DNA of 64,000 nucleotides, taken from Allosphingosinicella sp. Lineage in GTDB: Bacteria; Pseudomonadota; Alphaproteobacteria; Sphingomonadales; Sphingomonadaceae. The DNA is taken from NCBI GenBank assembly GCA_035628635.1, contig DASPJJ010000033.1, positions 128,889-192,888 of the forward strand, read 5' to 3'. Each line of letters begins with the position of its first letter. Positions within the stretch are counted from its first letter, which is position 1. The notes beneath the pieces are model-generated. The model did no database searches and was not told the origin of the DNA. It worked only from the letters and a program-made list of their open reading frames with translations. Below are positions 45,036 through 53,858 of this stretch, in pieces. A program made the position numbers and the translations under genes.

Positions 45036-46349
45036 TCAGCTCGTGAGGTCCAGCCGATCCCGCTCGGCGAAGCCCGTATAGGGTGAGGTGATCACGCGCT
45101 CGCCGGGTTCGAGACCGCCGAGCACCTCGATAAATTCGGAATTGCGCCGTCCAAGCCGGACCGGGCGCTTGACTGCGCTGCCGCCGTCCGGCGCCACCAC
45201 GAACACCCAGTTGCCGCCGGTGTCGTTGTAGAAGGCGCCCGCGGGGATCAGCAAAGCCGGCGACGGATCGCCGAGGGTCAGCCGGATCTGCACCGTCTGG
45301 CCGCGCTGAAGGTTGGCCGGCTCGCCGCCGAGGAAGTTGAGATCGATCTCGAAGGCGCCGTTGCGGACCTGCGGATAAATCTTGGAAACGCGCATCCGGT
45401 ACGGGCGACCGTTCACCTCCGCGGAGGCGATCTGGCCCTCGGCAACGCGGCCCAGATAGAATTCGTCGACCTGTGCGCGCAGCTTGTTCGATCCGGCGCT
45501 GTCGATCTGACCGAGGCGCTCGCCGCGGTTGAACGACTGGCCGACCTGGATCGAAAAGCTCGTGAGCTGGCCCGAGACCGGCGCGCGCAGGTTGAGCGCG
45601 TCGAGGCTGGCGCGGGCGAGCTGGAGGCTCTGGTTCAGCGCCGCGGTCGAGGCACGCAGCTGGGCCAGCTGGCTCGACTGAAGGCGTTCGTCCGTAGCCT
45701 GCTGCCGGCGCAGGATCCCGACCCGCTCGCGGGCGGCGAGATAGGTGTCGCGGCTGTCCTGGAACTGACGCTGCGGAACATAGCCTTTCTCGGCGAGCGG
45801 GCGCTGCAGCTCGTACTGACGCCGCGCGGTCTGGGCGACGAGATCCGCCTCGATCAGCGCGCGCTGGTTGGCGAGCCGGGTCTGCGACAGCGAGAGCTCC
45901 TGGCTGCGCATCGAGTTGATCTGCTGGGTGACCTCCGTCTGCCGCGCGAGCACGTTCAGTTGCAGGTCCGAATTAGACAGCACGGCGAGGAGCTGCCCCT
46001 GCTGAACCACGGCGCCGTCCTCGACCATGCGCTGCTCGACTCGCCCGCCCTCGACGGCGTCGAGATAGACGGTGACGCTCGGCTCGACGCGGGCGCGCAG
46101 CGGCAGGAAATCGTCGAAGCGCCCGCGGCGCACTTCCGAAATCGTCACCCGGTCGACGGCGATGGTCTGGCTGTTTGCGGTCGGCGCCATGAAATAGAAA
46201 GCCGCCGCCAAGAGCGCGACGATCGCGACCGCGATCGCGATCTTCAGCTCTTTCCTCAGGCCCCTGCGCTCGACGACCTTGTCCATGCCGTCGCCGCTAT
46301 GGGCGCCGCCCGGCCCCGGCTTGTCCGATTTGATGGTGACGACGCTCAT
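45036..46349 (-). CDS. Periplasmic adaptor / membrane fusion protein
   Basis: N-terminal TM, lipoyl-like halves (EGGRVE..., LRAPVSG), long coiled coil. Confidence 0.92.
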   Translation of the reverse strand: MSVVTIKSDKPGPGGAHSGDGMDKVVERRGLRKELKIAIAVAIVALLAAAFYFMAPTANSQTIAVDRVTISEVRRGRFDDFLPLRARVEPSVTVYLDAVEGGRVEQRMVEDGAVVQQGQLLAVLSNSDLQLNVLARQTEVTQQINSMRSQELSLSQTRLANQRALIEADLVAQTARRQYELQRPLAEKGYVPQRQFQDSRDTYLAARERVGILRRQQATDERLQSSQLAQLRASTAALNQSLQLARASLDALNLRAPVSGQLTSFSIQVGQSFNRGERLGQIDSAGSNKLRAQVDEFYLGRVAEGQIASAEVNGRPYRMRVSKIYPQVRNGAFEIDLNFLGGEPANLQRGQTVQIRLTLGDPSPALLIPAGAFYNDTGGNWVFVVAPDGGSAVKRPVRLGRRNSEFIEVLGGLEPGERVITSPYTGFAERDRLDLTS

Positions 46350-46377
46350 CCCATTACCCTCCGCTTGGCAATCGAGT

Positions 46378-46393
46378 AGCAACCATCGTGCCA
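46378..46393 (-). promoter_or_regulatory. Sigma54 -24/-12 promoter of the transporter operon
   Basis: TGGCACGATGGTTGCT matches TGGCAC-N5-TTGC. Confidence 0.85.
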
Positions 46394-46442
46394 CGAATTG
46401 CCCAGACGGAAAGCCCCTGCCGGCTGCCGCGCGCGCCGCGAG

Positions 46443-46479
46443 TGTCCGTTTTCGGACACGGCGTGTTCGCGTGCGGACA
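46443..46479. promoter_or_regulatory. Paired enhancer-like palindromes
   Basis: TGTCCGTTTTCGGACA (46443) and TGTTCGCGTGCGGACA (46464), 21 bp apart. Confidence 0.75.
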
Positions 46480-46491
46480 CCGGCAGGGGGC

Positions 46492-46578
46492 TCAGGCGAG
46501 CGGCGCCAGAGTGGCGAACATCAGCAGGCTCGACAGCATCAGGCCGATCGAGAAAGTGTAGGATTCCAGTTTTGCCAT
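46492..46578 (-). CDS. 28-aa hydrophobic small protein MAKLESYTFSIGLMLSSLLMFATLAPLA
   Basis: GGGAG SD 7 nt before ATG, own sigma54 promoter, GC-rich third positions. Confidence 0.7.
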   Translation of the reverse strand: MAKLESYTFSIGLMLSSLLMFATLAPLA

Positions 46579-46627
46579 AGTCTTGCTCCCATTCGAAAAG
46601 GTGACGTTTCCCTGTCGGCGGACAATC

Positions 46628-46643
46628 AGCACGAGCCGTGCCA
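46628..46643 (-). promoter_or_regulatory. Sigma54 promoter of the small ORF
   Basis: TGGCACGGCTCGTGCT. Confidence 0.75.
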
Positions 46644-46720
46644 CGGCGTACGAACCGCAGTTTTCCGCCATTTTTCGATCAATGCTCGGAGGTCTCCTAT
46701 GGTCCGGGCCGCGCCCGGGC

Positions 46721-46756
46721 TGTCCGCTTCCGGACAATAGCGTTCGCATGCGGACG
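46721..46756. promoter_or_regulatory. Paired enhancer-like palindromes
   Basis: TGTCCGCTTCCGGACA (46721) and CGTTCGCATGCGGACG (46741). Confidence 0.75.
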
Positions 46757-46771
46757 CGCCCTCCGCCGCCT

Positions 46772-46787
46772 TGGCACGGAAATTGAT
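46772..46787 (+). promoter_or_regulatory. Possible sigma54 promoter of the regulator operon
   Basis: TGGCACGGAAATTGAT; -12 reads GA rather than GC. Confidence 0.5.
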
Positions 46788-46831
46788 TGTGAGGAGCCAC
46801 ACCGATAAACCGGCTGAGGGAGTGGGGGTCC

Positions 46832-48244
46832 GTGTCGCGCAGCAAGCCATTCGATCTGTGCATCGTCGTGGACGACGATCCCGACATCCTGCTGTCTGCG
46901 AGGCTGCTGCTGCGCGACCTCTTCGCCGACATCGCCACCTTCCAGGCGCCGGACGACGCGCTCGCCGCAATGGAGGCGAAGATTCCGGACGTCGTCCTGC
47001 TCGACGCGAATTTCGGCCGCGGCGCAACCAACGCGGCCGAAGGCTTCCAGTGGCTCGCCGAGATATTGAAGCGCGATCCCGAGGCGGTGGTGGTGATGAT
47101 CACCGCCCATGGCGGCGTCAACATCGCCGTCGAGGCGATGAAGCGGGGCGCCACCGACTTCGTCTCCAAGCCCTGGTCCAACGAGCGGCTGCTCGCAACC
47201 GTCCGCACCGCCGCGGCGCTCCGCAACTCGCGCGAGGAAGCTGTGACCGAGCGCAAGCGCTCCGCCGCGATCACCGCGCCCGCGGCCGGCGACACGCCCC
47301 TGCTTGGCGCGGCGCCCGGAATGGCGCGCGTCTATTCGCTGATCGAGCGCGCCGCGCCGACCGAGGCCAATGTCCTCATTCTCGGCGAGAACGGTACCGG
47401 AAAGGAGCTGGTCGCTCGCGACCTTCACCGCCGCTCTCGCCGCGCCGACAATGTCCTCGTCTCGGTCGATCTCGGCGCGGTGACTGAGAATCTGTTCGAG
47501 AGCGAGTTGTTCGGCCATGTGAAAGGAGCCTTCACGGACGCGCGCGGCGACCGGATCGGCCGGCTCCAGGCGGCGCATGGCGGCACCCTCTTCCTCGACG
47601 AGATCGGCAATCTCCCGCTCCACCTCCAGCCCAAGCTGCTGACGGCTCTGGAGCAGCGCCAGGTGATACCGGTCGGCGCCAACAAGCCCGTCCCGATCGA
47701 CGTCCGCGTCATCGCCGCGACCAACCTGCCGCCGGACCAGCTCGCCGACGAGACGCGCTTCCGCCAGGACCTCCTTTTCCGCCTCAACACGGTCGAGATC
47801 GACCTGCCGCCGCTGCGCGAGCGGCGCGAGGACGTGCCGCTGCTCGTCGAGCATTTCATCGCCGTCTATTCCAAGAAGTACGGCAAGCCCGCGCGGACTG
47901 TGCCGCGCGAGGTGATGGAGGCGCTCAAGGCCTATGACTGGCCGGGCAATGTCCGGGCGCTGCGCCATTCGGCCGAGCGGGCGGTGATCCTCGCCGGCGA
48001 AGGCGCCTTCACGGTCGAGGACTTCTCGCTGTCGCGCAACCTCCAGCCCCGCGTGCCGACGCCGGCTGCCGCCCCCGCGGCGGTCGCCGCCTTTGCCGCC
48101 GCGGACCTCAACCTCGAGCGCGCCGAGCGCCAGATCGTCGAGCAGGCGCTCAAGAAGCACGCCTACAACATCTCACTCGCCGCCCAGGAGCTCGGGCTCA
48201 CCCGCGCCAGCCTCTACCGCCGAATGGAGAAGCATGGGCTTTGA
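46832..48244 (+). CDS. Sigma54-dependent response regulator (NtrC family)
   Basis: Receiver (DDD, D, KP), GENGTGKE, ESELFGHVKGAFTDA, WPGNVR, Fis HTH. Confidence 0.96.
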   Translation: MSRSKPFDLCIVVDDDPDILLSARLLLRDLFADIATFQAPDDALAAMEAKIPDVVLLDANFGRGATNAAEGFQWLAEILKRDPEAVVVMITAHGGVNIAVEAMKRGATDFVSKPWSNERLLATVRTAAALRNSREEAVTERKRSAAITAPAAGDTPLLGAAPGMARVYSLIERAAPTEANVLILGENGTGKELVARDLHRRSRRADNVLVSVDLGAVTENLFESELFGHVKGAFTDARGDRIGRLQAAHGGTLFLDEIGNLPLHLQPKLLTALEQRQVIPVGANKPVPIDVRVIAATNLPPDQLADETRFRQDLLFRLNTVEIDLPPLRERREDVPLLVEHFIAVYSKKYGKPARTVPREVMEALKAYDWPGNVRALRHSAERAVILAGEGAFTVEDFSLSRNLQPRVPTPAAAPAAVAAFAAADLNLERAERQIVEQALKKHAYNISLAAQELGLTRASLYRRMEKHGL

Positions 48245-48416
48245 GGCGACGAGCGAGCGAGAGGCTCCCGTTAAGCCCTCCCCCTTGAGGGGGGAGGGTT
48301 GGGGTGGGGGTGGACTCGTCACCTGGGGACCGCCTTTTCGGGAGACTCCACCCCACCCCAAACCCCTCCCCCTCAAGGGGAGGGGCTTTTCTCCCAGCCT
48401 CCTCCATGGGCTTTAG
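48234..48416 (+). other. 60-aa repeat-derived mini-ORF bridging regulator and kinase
   Basis: MGFEAT...PSPLRGEG...PHPKPLPLKGRG...LLHGL*; starts and ends in the two copies of CATGGGCTTT. Confidence 0.5.
48273..48388. repeat. Family A palindromic element
   Basis: AAGCCCTCCCCCTTGAGGGGGGAGGG...CCCCTCCCCCTCAAGGGGAGGGGCTT. Confidence 0.88.
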
Positions 48417-49746
48417 AAGCCGCTTCGTCTTCGGACTGGCGACCCGCGCGGGGCTGCTGCTCCTCGCGGCCTTCGCTTTCGTCCAGTCGCTCTACATGGA
48501 AGGACTCGGCGCCGCCCGCGTCGTCGCGGGACTGCTCTGCCTCGCGGCGGGCCTCGTCTTATGGCGCTATATCCAGCGGACCAACCGTGAACTTGCCCGT
48601 TTCCTCGACGCGGTCCGTTTTGGCGATCTGGGCCAGGGTTTTGCACACCGTTGGGCAGGCAGTGGTTTTGCGGAGCTGGGCGAGGCGCTCGATCTCGGCA
48701 TCCGCAAGCTGCGCGACGAGCGCCACAGCCTCTCCGACGCCAACCGCTTCTACGAGGCGGTGCTCGACGACGCTCCGATCGCCCTGCTGATCGTCGACCG
48801 CGACGGCAAGGTCGAGCTCGCCAACAAGGCCTCGCGCCGCCTGCTCGTCCGCCACACCGGGGTTCGCGTCGAGGATTTCGCCGAATATGGCGACGCGTTC
48901 ATGAAGGCGCTCGCCGGCGGCGCAGTCGGGCGGCCGCGGCTGGTGCCGCTGATGACTGAGGGCGTGCCGCAGACCGCGATGCTGAGCGCGGCCGTCGTGC
49001 ACCGCCTCGGCGGCCTCGCCCGGGTCGTCGCCGTGCAGCCGATCCAGACCGAGCTGAACGCGATCGAGATCGCCGCGCAGAGCGACCTGATCCGCGTCCT
49101 CACCCACGAGATCATGAACTCGATGACCCCCGTCACCTCGCTCGCCCATACCGCCGCCGAGCTGATGGCCGAGATCGACAAAGGCGACGATCCGGCGGTG
49201 CGCGACGCGCGCCAGGCCGTCGAGACCCTGTCGCGCCGGGCCGACGGGGTGATGCACTTCGTCGAGAGCTACCGTCAGATCAGCCGTGCGCCCGAGGTCC
49301 GCCGCCGGCAGTTCGAGGTCGGGCCCTGGGCGCGGGAGATCGAGCGGCTGTTCCGCGCCGCCGACGCCGCCGACGGCATCGACGTGACGCTCGAGGTCGC
49401 GCCCGAAACGCTGACCCTGGACGCCGATCCCGACCTGCTCTGCCAGGTGCTGATCAACCTCCTGAAGAACGGCGCCGACGCCGCCCGCGCCGAGACGGAA
49501 GCGCCGCGCGTCTCGCTCGCCTTCGCCGCCACGCCGAGCGGGCGCGTCCAGATCGAGGTCTGCGACAACGGCGCCGGCGTCCCCGAGCCGCTGCGGCAGG
49601 ACATTTTCCTCCCTTTCTTCACCACCAAGGCGAAGGGCACCGGCGTCGGCCTCAGCCTCGCCCGTCAGGTCGTCCTCGCCCATCGCGGCTCGATCACGGT
49701 CGACGAGGCGCCCGGAGGCGGCGCCGCGTTCAGGATCCTGATCTGA
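48406..49746 (+). CDS. Sensor histidine kinase (2 TM, PAS-like, HisKA, HATPase)
   Basis: THEIMNS H-box, NLLKN, DNGAG, PFFTTK, GTGVGL. Confidence 0.94.
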   Translation: MGFRSRFVFGLATRAGLLLLAAFAFVQSLYMEGLGAARVVAGLLCLAAGLVLWRYIQRTNRELARFLDAVRFGDLGQGFAHRWAGSGFAELGEALDLGIRKLRDERHSLSDANRFYEAVLDDAPIALLIVDRDGKVELANKASRRLLVRHTGVRVEDFAEYGDAFMKALAGGAVGRPRLVPLMTEGVPQTAMLSAAVVHRLGGLARVVAVQPIQTELNAIEIAAQSDLIRVLTHEIMNSMTPVTSLAHTAAELMAEIDKGDDPAVRDARQAVETLSRRADGVMHFVESYRQISRAPEVRRRQFEVGPWAREIERLFRAADAADGIDVTLEVAPETLTLDADPDLLCQVLINLLKNGADAARAETEAPRVSLAFAATPSGRVQIEVCDNGAGVPEPLRQDIFLPFFTTKAKGTGVGLSLARQVVLAHRGSITVDEAPGGGAAFRILI

Positions 49747-51025
49747 CGATGCGCCGCGCCACCGCCTGCGTCTGGACGCGGATGTCGGGCACGGCGACCC
49801 TTTCCCAGAAGGTCGCGCGCGTCACCGGGCCGATCGCGTAGAGCCTGTCCGACGGCGCCCCCGCGGCGTCGATCGCGCGGCAGTCGGGGTCGACGTCCAC
49901 GCCGATCCGGAGCGGGTCCGGCCGGATCCGGCCGCGGGCGATCAGCGCGTCGAGCAGAGGCTCGCCGGCGCGCAGGACGTCGTGCTCCGGCCCGGTGCAG
50001 TTGACGATCCGGGACGCGCGCAATGTTTCGGTGGCGCATTGTCCCCGCCGTCGCCAGCGGACCAGCCCGTCGGGCTCGATCGCGGCGATCCGACCGGCGG
50101 CGAAGGCGAGACGCCCTTCCGCCTGCATCCTCCCGATCGTGGCGGCAACCGCGGGCGCGATCTTGTGGCGGTGGACGTCCCACCACGGGCGCAGGTGGCG
50201 AAGGAAGCGGCGCCGCTCCGCCTCCGGCGCGTGCGCCCAGATGCCTTGGGTGACGTTGCGCAGCTCATGAACCGCGCTTCGCCAGCCGATCTCGTCCGCG
50301 CGCCGCCGCACCCGCCGCAGCAGGCCGACGCAGTCCGACGGCAGCGCCTCCTGCGGCGCGGTCATCGGCTCGCGCAGGCCGTGCGCCCGCGGCACCAGCC
50401 CGCGGCGCGACACCGCAAGGATGCGCCCGCCAAAGCCGTTCGCCTCGAGCGTCAGCGCGGCGTCGATCGCGGTGAGGCCGGTGCCGATCAGCAGGATCGT
50501 GTCGCCGTCGCCGAGGCCGTCGGCGACCGCGCCGGCCCAGGGATCTGCCATCCAGAGGCCGCCCAGCGCCTCCGGATCGATCCCCCGCGGCGTCGCCGGC
50601 GGCAGGTTCCCCGGCGCCAGCACCACCGCCTCCGCCGCGATCCGGCGCCCGTCCGCCAGGACGACCTCGGCACCGTTCACGTCAACCCCCTCGCCGTGGA
50701 CGATCTCCAGCTCCGCGCCGGCCTCGCCGAGCAGCGCAACGACATAGTCGCCGAAGAGCATGCGCGGCGCGAAATCCTCGGCTGTGCCCCCCCGGGCCGC
50801 GTACCAGCGCACGAAATGGTCCGGTTCGTCGGGGAAGGCGCTCATCCGCCGCGCGGGCACGTTGAGCAGATGCTCCGGCCGGTCGGTCCCGTAGGCGACG
50901 CCGCGGCCGGGGACCCCGGCGCGCTCGATCAGCAGGACCCGCCGCGCTCCTTCGCGGAGGAGATGGATCGCCTGCAGGGCGCCGGAGAGCCCGCCGCCGA
51001 TCACCGCGGCCGTCGCGACCGTCAC
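49730..51025 (-). CDS. FAD/NAD(P)-binding protein (YdhS-like)
   Basis: IGGGLSG, GRGVAY, HLLNVPA, GTGLT, WWDVHRH, VNCTGP. Confidence 0.85.
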   Translation of the reverse strand: MTVATAAVIGGGLSGALQAIHLLREGARRVLLIERAGVPGRGVAYGTDRPEHLLNVPARRMSAFPDEPDHFVRWYAARGGTAEDFAPRMLFGDYVVALLGEAGAELEIVHGEGVDVNGAEVVLADGRRIAAEAVVLAPGNLPPATPRGIDPEALGGLWMADPWAGAVADGLGDGDTILLIGTGLTAIDAALTLEANGFGGRILAVSRRGLVPRAHGLREPMTAPQEALPSDCVGLLRRVRRRADEIGWRSAVHELRNVTQGIWAHAPEAERRRFLRHLRPWWDVHRHKIAPAVAATIGRMQAEGRLAFAAGRIAAIEPDGLVRWRRRGQCATETLRASRIVNCTGPEHDVLRAGEPLLDALIARGRIRPDPLRIGVDVDPDCRAIDAAGAPSDRLYAIGPVTRATFWERVAVPDIRVQTQAVARRIVRSGS

Positions 51026-51456
51026 GCAGGCTCAGCCGGGTCGGCGAGGTCGACGGGATCGGCGAGGCTCAGCCCGTCGAGGATGCGCGCAGTCTCGTCG
51101 CGGACCAGCAGCATCGCCCGGTGCAGCCGGCACTTGTCCTCCGTGATGCAATTCTTGCAGCTCTCATAAGCATAGCGGCTGGCGCAGGGCAGGAGACCAA
51201 GCGAGCCGCGCGTCAATCGCACGATCTGGCCGTAGCTGATGTCCGACGGCGGCCTGGCGAGCCAGTAGCCGCCCTCGCGGCCGCGCAGGGTCTCGACCAC
51301 GCCCGCGCGGCGCATCTGCGACAGGATCACCGTCAGGAACTTGGGCGGCAGGTTCTGCGCCTCGGCGATCTCGGACAGCTGGACCGGCCCCTCGCCGTAG
51401 CGGTCGGCGAGGTGGAGCAGCGCGCGAATTGTATACCGCGTCCGTTGAGAAAGCAT
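51022..51456 (-). CDS. Rrf2 family regulator
   Basis: LSEIAEAQNLPPKFL, RGREGGY, four C-terminal Cys. Confidence 0.92.
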   Translation of the reverse strand: MLSQRTRYTIRALLHLADRYGEGPVQLSEIAEAQNLPPKFLTVILSQMRRAGVVETLRGREGGYWLARPPSDISYGQIVRLTRGSLGLLPCASRYAYESCKNCITEDKCRLHRAMLLVRDETARILDGLSLADPVDLADPAEPA

Positions 51457-51496
51457 GGCGCCCCATGCCCATAAAGCCCGCGCCATTGCAACCGCT

Positions 51497-52840
51497 TCAC
51501 AGCGCGTGGAGCGCGAGCCCCGCGGCTGCGGCGCCGCCGATCACGGCCAGCGGACCGACGCGGAAGCGGAGCAGGACGAAGAGCGAGGCCGCGGCGAGCG
51601 CCAGCGCCGCCCAGTTGACGCTCGCCGCCACCGGCACGTCGAGCGTGGCGCCGAGCGCGCCGACCTCGCGCACCTCGCCGAACAATGTGTGCAGGCCGAA
51701 CCACAGAGCGAGATTGAGGATCACCCCGACGACGGCCGCGGTGATCGCCGCCAGCGCCGAGGCAAGCGCGCGGTTGCCGCGCAACCGCTCGGCGAACGGT
51801 GCGCCGAGGAAGATCCAGAGGAAGCAGGGAGCGAAGGTGACCCAGGTTGCGAGGATCGCGCCGAGCGTGCCGGCGAGCAACGGGTCCATCGTGCCGGCCC
51901 CGAGCCGCGCGGCCCCGAGGAAGCCGACGAACTGGACGACCATGATCAGCGGCCCCGGCGTCGTCTCGGCCATTCCGAGCCCGTCGAGCATCTCGCCGGG
52001 CCGAAGCCAGTGATAATGGTCGACTGCCTCCTGCGCGACGTAGGCGAGCACCGCATAAGCGCCGCCGAACGTCACCACCGCCATTTGCGAGAAGAACAGT
52101 CCGATGTCGGAGAAGACGTTGTCCGGCCCCGCCACCGCCAGCAGCGTCAGGGTCGGCGCCAGCCACAGCAGGAGGAGTACCGCCGAGATGCGCAGCGACC
52201 AGCGGAGATGCGGACGCGCATGGTCCGGAACGTCCTCGCCCAGCACCGTCTGCGCATCCGGCAGGGCCGCACCGGCCGCCGCGCCGTGGCCGCCGCTTCC
52301 TTCGAAGCCGCGCGCGCCGAGCCGCCCGCCCGCATAACCGGTCAGCGCCGCCGCGAGCACGATCAGCGGGAACGGGACGTCGAAGGCGAAGATCGCGACG
52401 AAGGCCGCGGCGGCGATCGCCAGCATCGGCCGGTTCCTCAGCGCGCGCGCGCCGATCCGCCGGACGGCATCGAGCACGATGGCGAAGACCGCGGCCTTCA
52501 GCCCGAAGAACAAGGCCGCGACCGCGCCGACATTGCCCCATAGCAGGTAGATCCAGCTCAGCGCCATGATCGAGACGAAGCCGGGCAGCACGAACAGCAT
52601 GCCGGCGACGATGCCGCCTTTGGTCCGGTGCATCAGCCAGCCGATATAGGTGGCGAGCTGCTGCGCCTCCGGCCCCGGCAGCAGCATGCAGTAATTGAGC
52701 GCGTGCAGGAATCTCTCCTCGCCGATCCAGCGCCGCTCCTCGACCAGGATGCGGTGCATCACTGCGATCTGCCCCGCCGGCCCGCCGAAGCTGAGCAATG
52801 CGATCCGCGCCCAGACCCGCACCGCTTCGCCGAAGCTCAC
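51497..52840 (-). CDS. chrA: Chromate efflux transporter ChrA
   Basis: SFGGPAGQIAVMH, LPGPEAQQLA, TFGGAYAV, ETTPGP; GTG start inferred. Confidence 0.93.
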   Translation of the reverse strand: MSFGEAVRVWARIALLSFGGPAGQIAVMHRILVEERRWIGEERFLHALNYCMLLPGPEAQQLATYIGWLMHRTKGGIVAGMLFVLPGFVSIMALSWIYLLWGNVGAVAALFFGLKAAVFAIVLDAVRRIGARALRNRPMLAIAAAAFVAIFAFDVPFPLIVLAAALTGYAGGRLGARGFEGSGGHGAAAGAALPDAQTVLGEDVPDHARPHLRWSLRISAVLLLLWLAPTLTLLAVAGPDNVFSDIGLFFSQMAVVTFGGAYAVLAYVAQEAVDHYHWLRPGEMLDGLGMAETTPGPLIMVVQFVGFLGAARLGAGTMDPLLAGTLGAILATWVTFAPCFLWIFLGAPFAERLRGNRALASALAAITAAVVGVILNLALWFGLHTLFGEVREVGALGATLDVPVAASVNWAALALAAASLFVLLRFRVGPLAVIGGAAAAGLALHAL

Positions 52841-52865
52841 CTGCTCTCTGTCCTGGGCGGCGATG

Positions 52866-53855
52866 CTAGAGGCTCCCGAGGTCGATCGTGCGTGTCGGGG
52901 CCAGCCCGTCGCACCGTCGATAGACGAAGGCAGCCGCCGCGACATCCTGCAGCGCCGTGCCGGTCGAATCGAAGACGGCGATCTCGTCGGGCGATGGGCG
53001 GCCGGCTTTGGTCCCGGCGACGAGCTCGGCCAGCTCCGCATGGACGCCCGCGGGACCGATCACGCCGGCCGCGACCGCGTGGCGGAGATCGCCCATGGCG
53101 AGGCATTGGTCGGTGACGTCGGTCACCACCCGCGTACCCTTGAACAGGTCGGGATGAAGCTCGTTCTTGCGCGGGCTGTCGGCGCCGACCGCCGCGACGA
53201 ACGTGCCCGGCGAGATCATCGCTTTCGACAGGAAAGGCGTCGTCGCCGGGGTGCATGTGACGACGACGTCGCATTGGGCTGCCGTCGCCAGGTCCGCCGG
53301 GAGGACCTCGAGGCCCAGCTTCGGCGCCATCTCCGCGGCGAAGGTCGCGGCCTTGCCGCCGTTCACGTCCCAGACGAAGGCCCGCCTGAGCGGCAGCACC
53401 GCCGCCAATGCCTCGAGCTGCGCCCGACCCTGCTCGCCGCAGCCGCAGATCAGGATCGAGGCGCTGTCCGGCCGCGCCAGGTAGCGCGCCGCGAGCGCCG
53501 TCGCGGCAGCGGTCCGCCGGATCGTCACTTCGATCGAATCGAGGATTGCGAGCAGCCGGCCGTCGCCCCCGTCGCAGAGCAGGATCGCGCCCTGGATCGT
53601 CGGCAGCCCCCGTCCGGCGGGATTGCCGGGGAAATTCGCGTTGAGCTTCACCGCCACATACAGGCGATCGTCCAGTCGGAGCGCCGCGCCCTTGGCGTGG
53701 AAGGCGCCGCTTTCTCCCTCGACAGGCATCGGCGGCGGCGACCAGGCCATGCCGTTCGCGGCGGCGGCGAAGCCGGTCTCGGCCGCCTCCAGCCATGCCG
53801 CCTGGTCCATCAGCGCCGCGACGTCGCCACGTCTCAGGATCAGCGTGTCGGCCAC
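52866..53855 (-). CDS. Ornithine cyclodeaminase/mu-crystallin family protein
   Basis: RTAAATALAA, GCGEQG, AVGAD...KNE, FDSTGTALQD. Confidence 0.9.
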   Translation of the reverse strand: MADTLILRRGDVAALMDQAAWLEAAETGFAAAANGMAWSPPPMPVEGESGAFHAKGAALRLDDRLYVAVKLNANFPGNPAGRGLPTIQGAILLCDGGDGRLLAILDSIEVTIRRTAAATALAARYLARPDSASILICGCGEQGRAQLEALAAVLPLRRAFVWDVNGGKAATFAAEMAPKLGLEVLPADLATAAQCDVVVTCTPATTPFLSKAMISPGTFVAAVGADSPRKNELHPDLFKGTRVVTDVTDQCLAMGDLRHAVAAGVIGPAGVHAELAELVAGTKAGRPSPDEIAVFDSTGTALQDVAAAAFVYRRCDGLAPTRTIDLGSL

Positions 53856-53858
53856 CGG

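Noticed and set aside
46492-46578. RiPP precursor interpretation of the small peptide
   Set aside because: No radical SAM, lasso, lanthipeptide, YcaO or peptidase genes nearby and no recognisable leader/core; kept only as an unmodified peptide candidate
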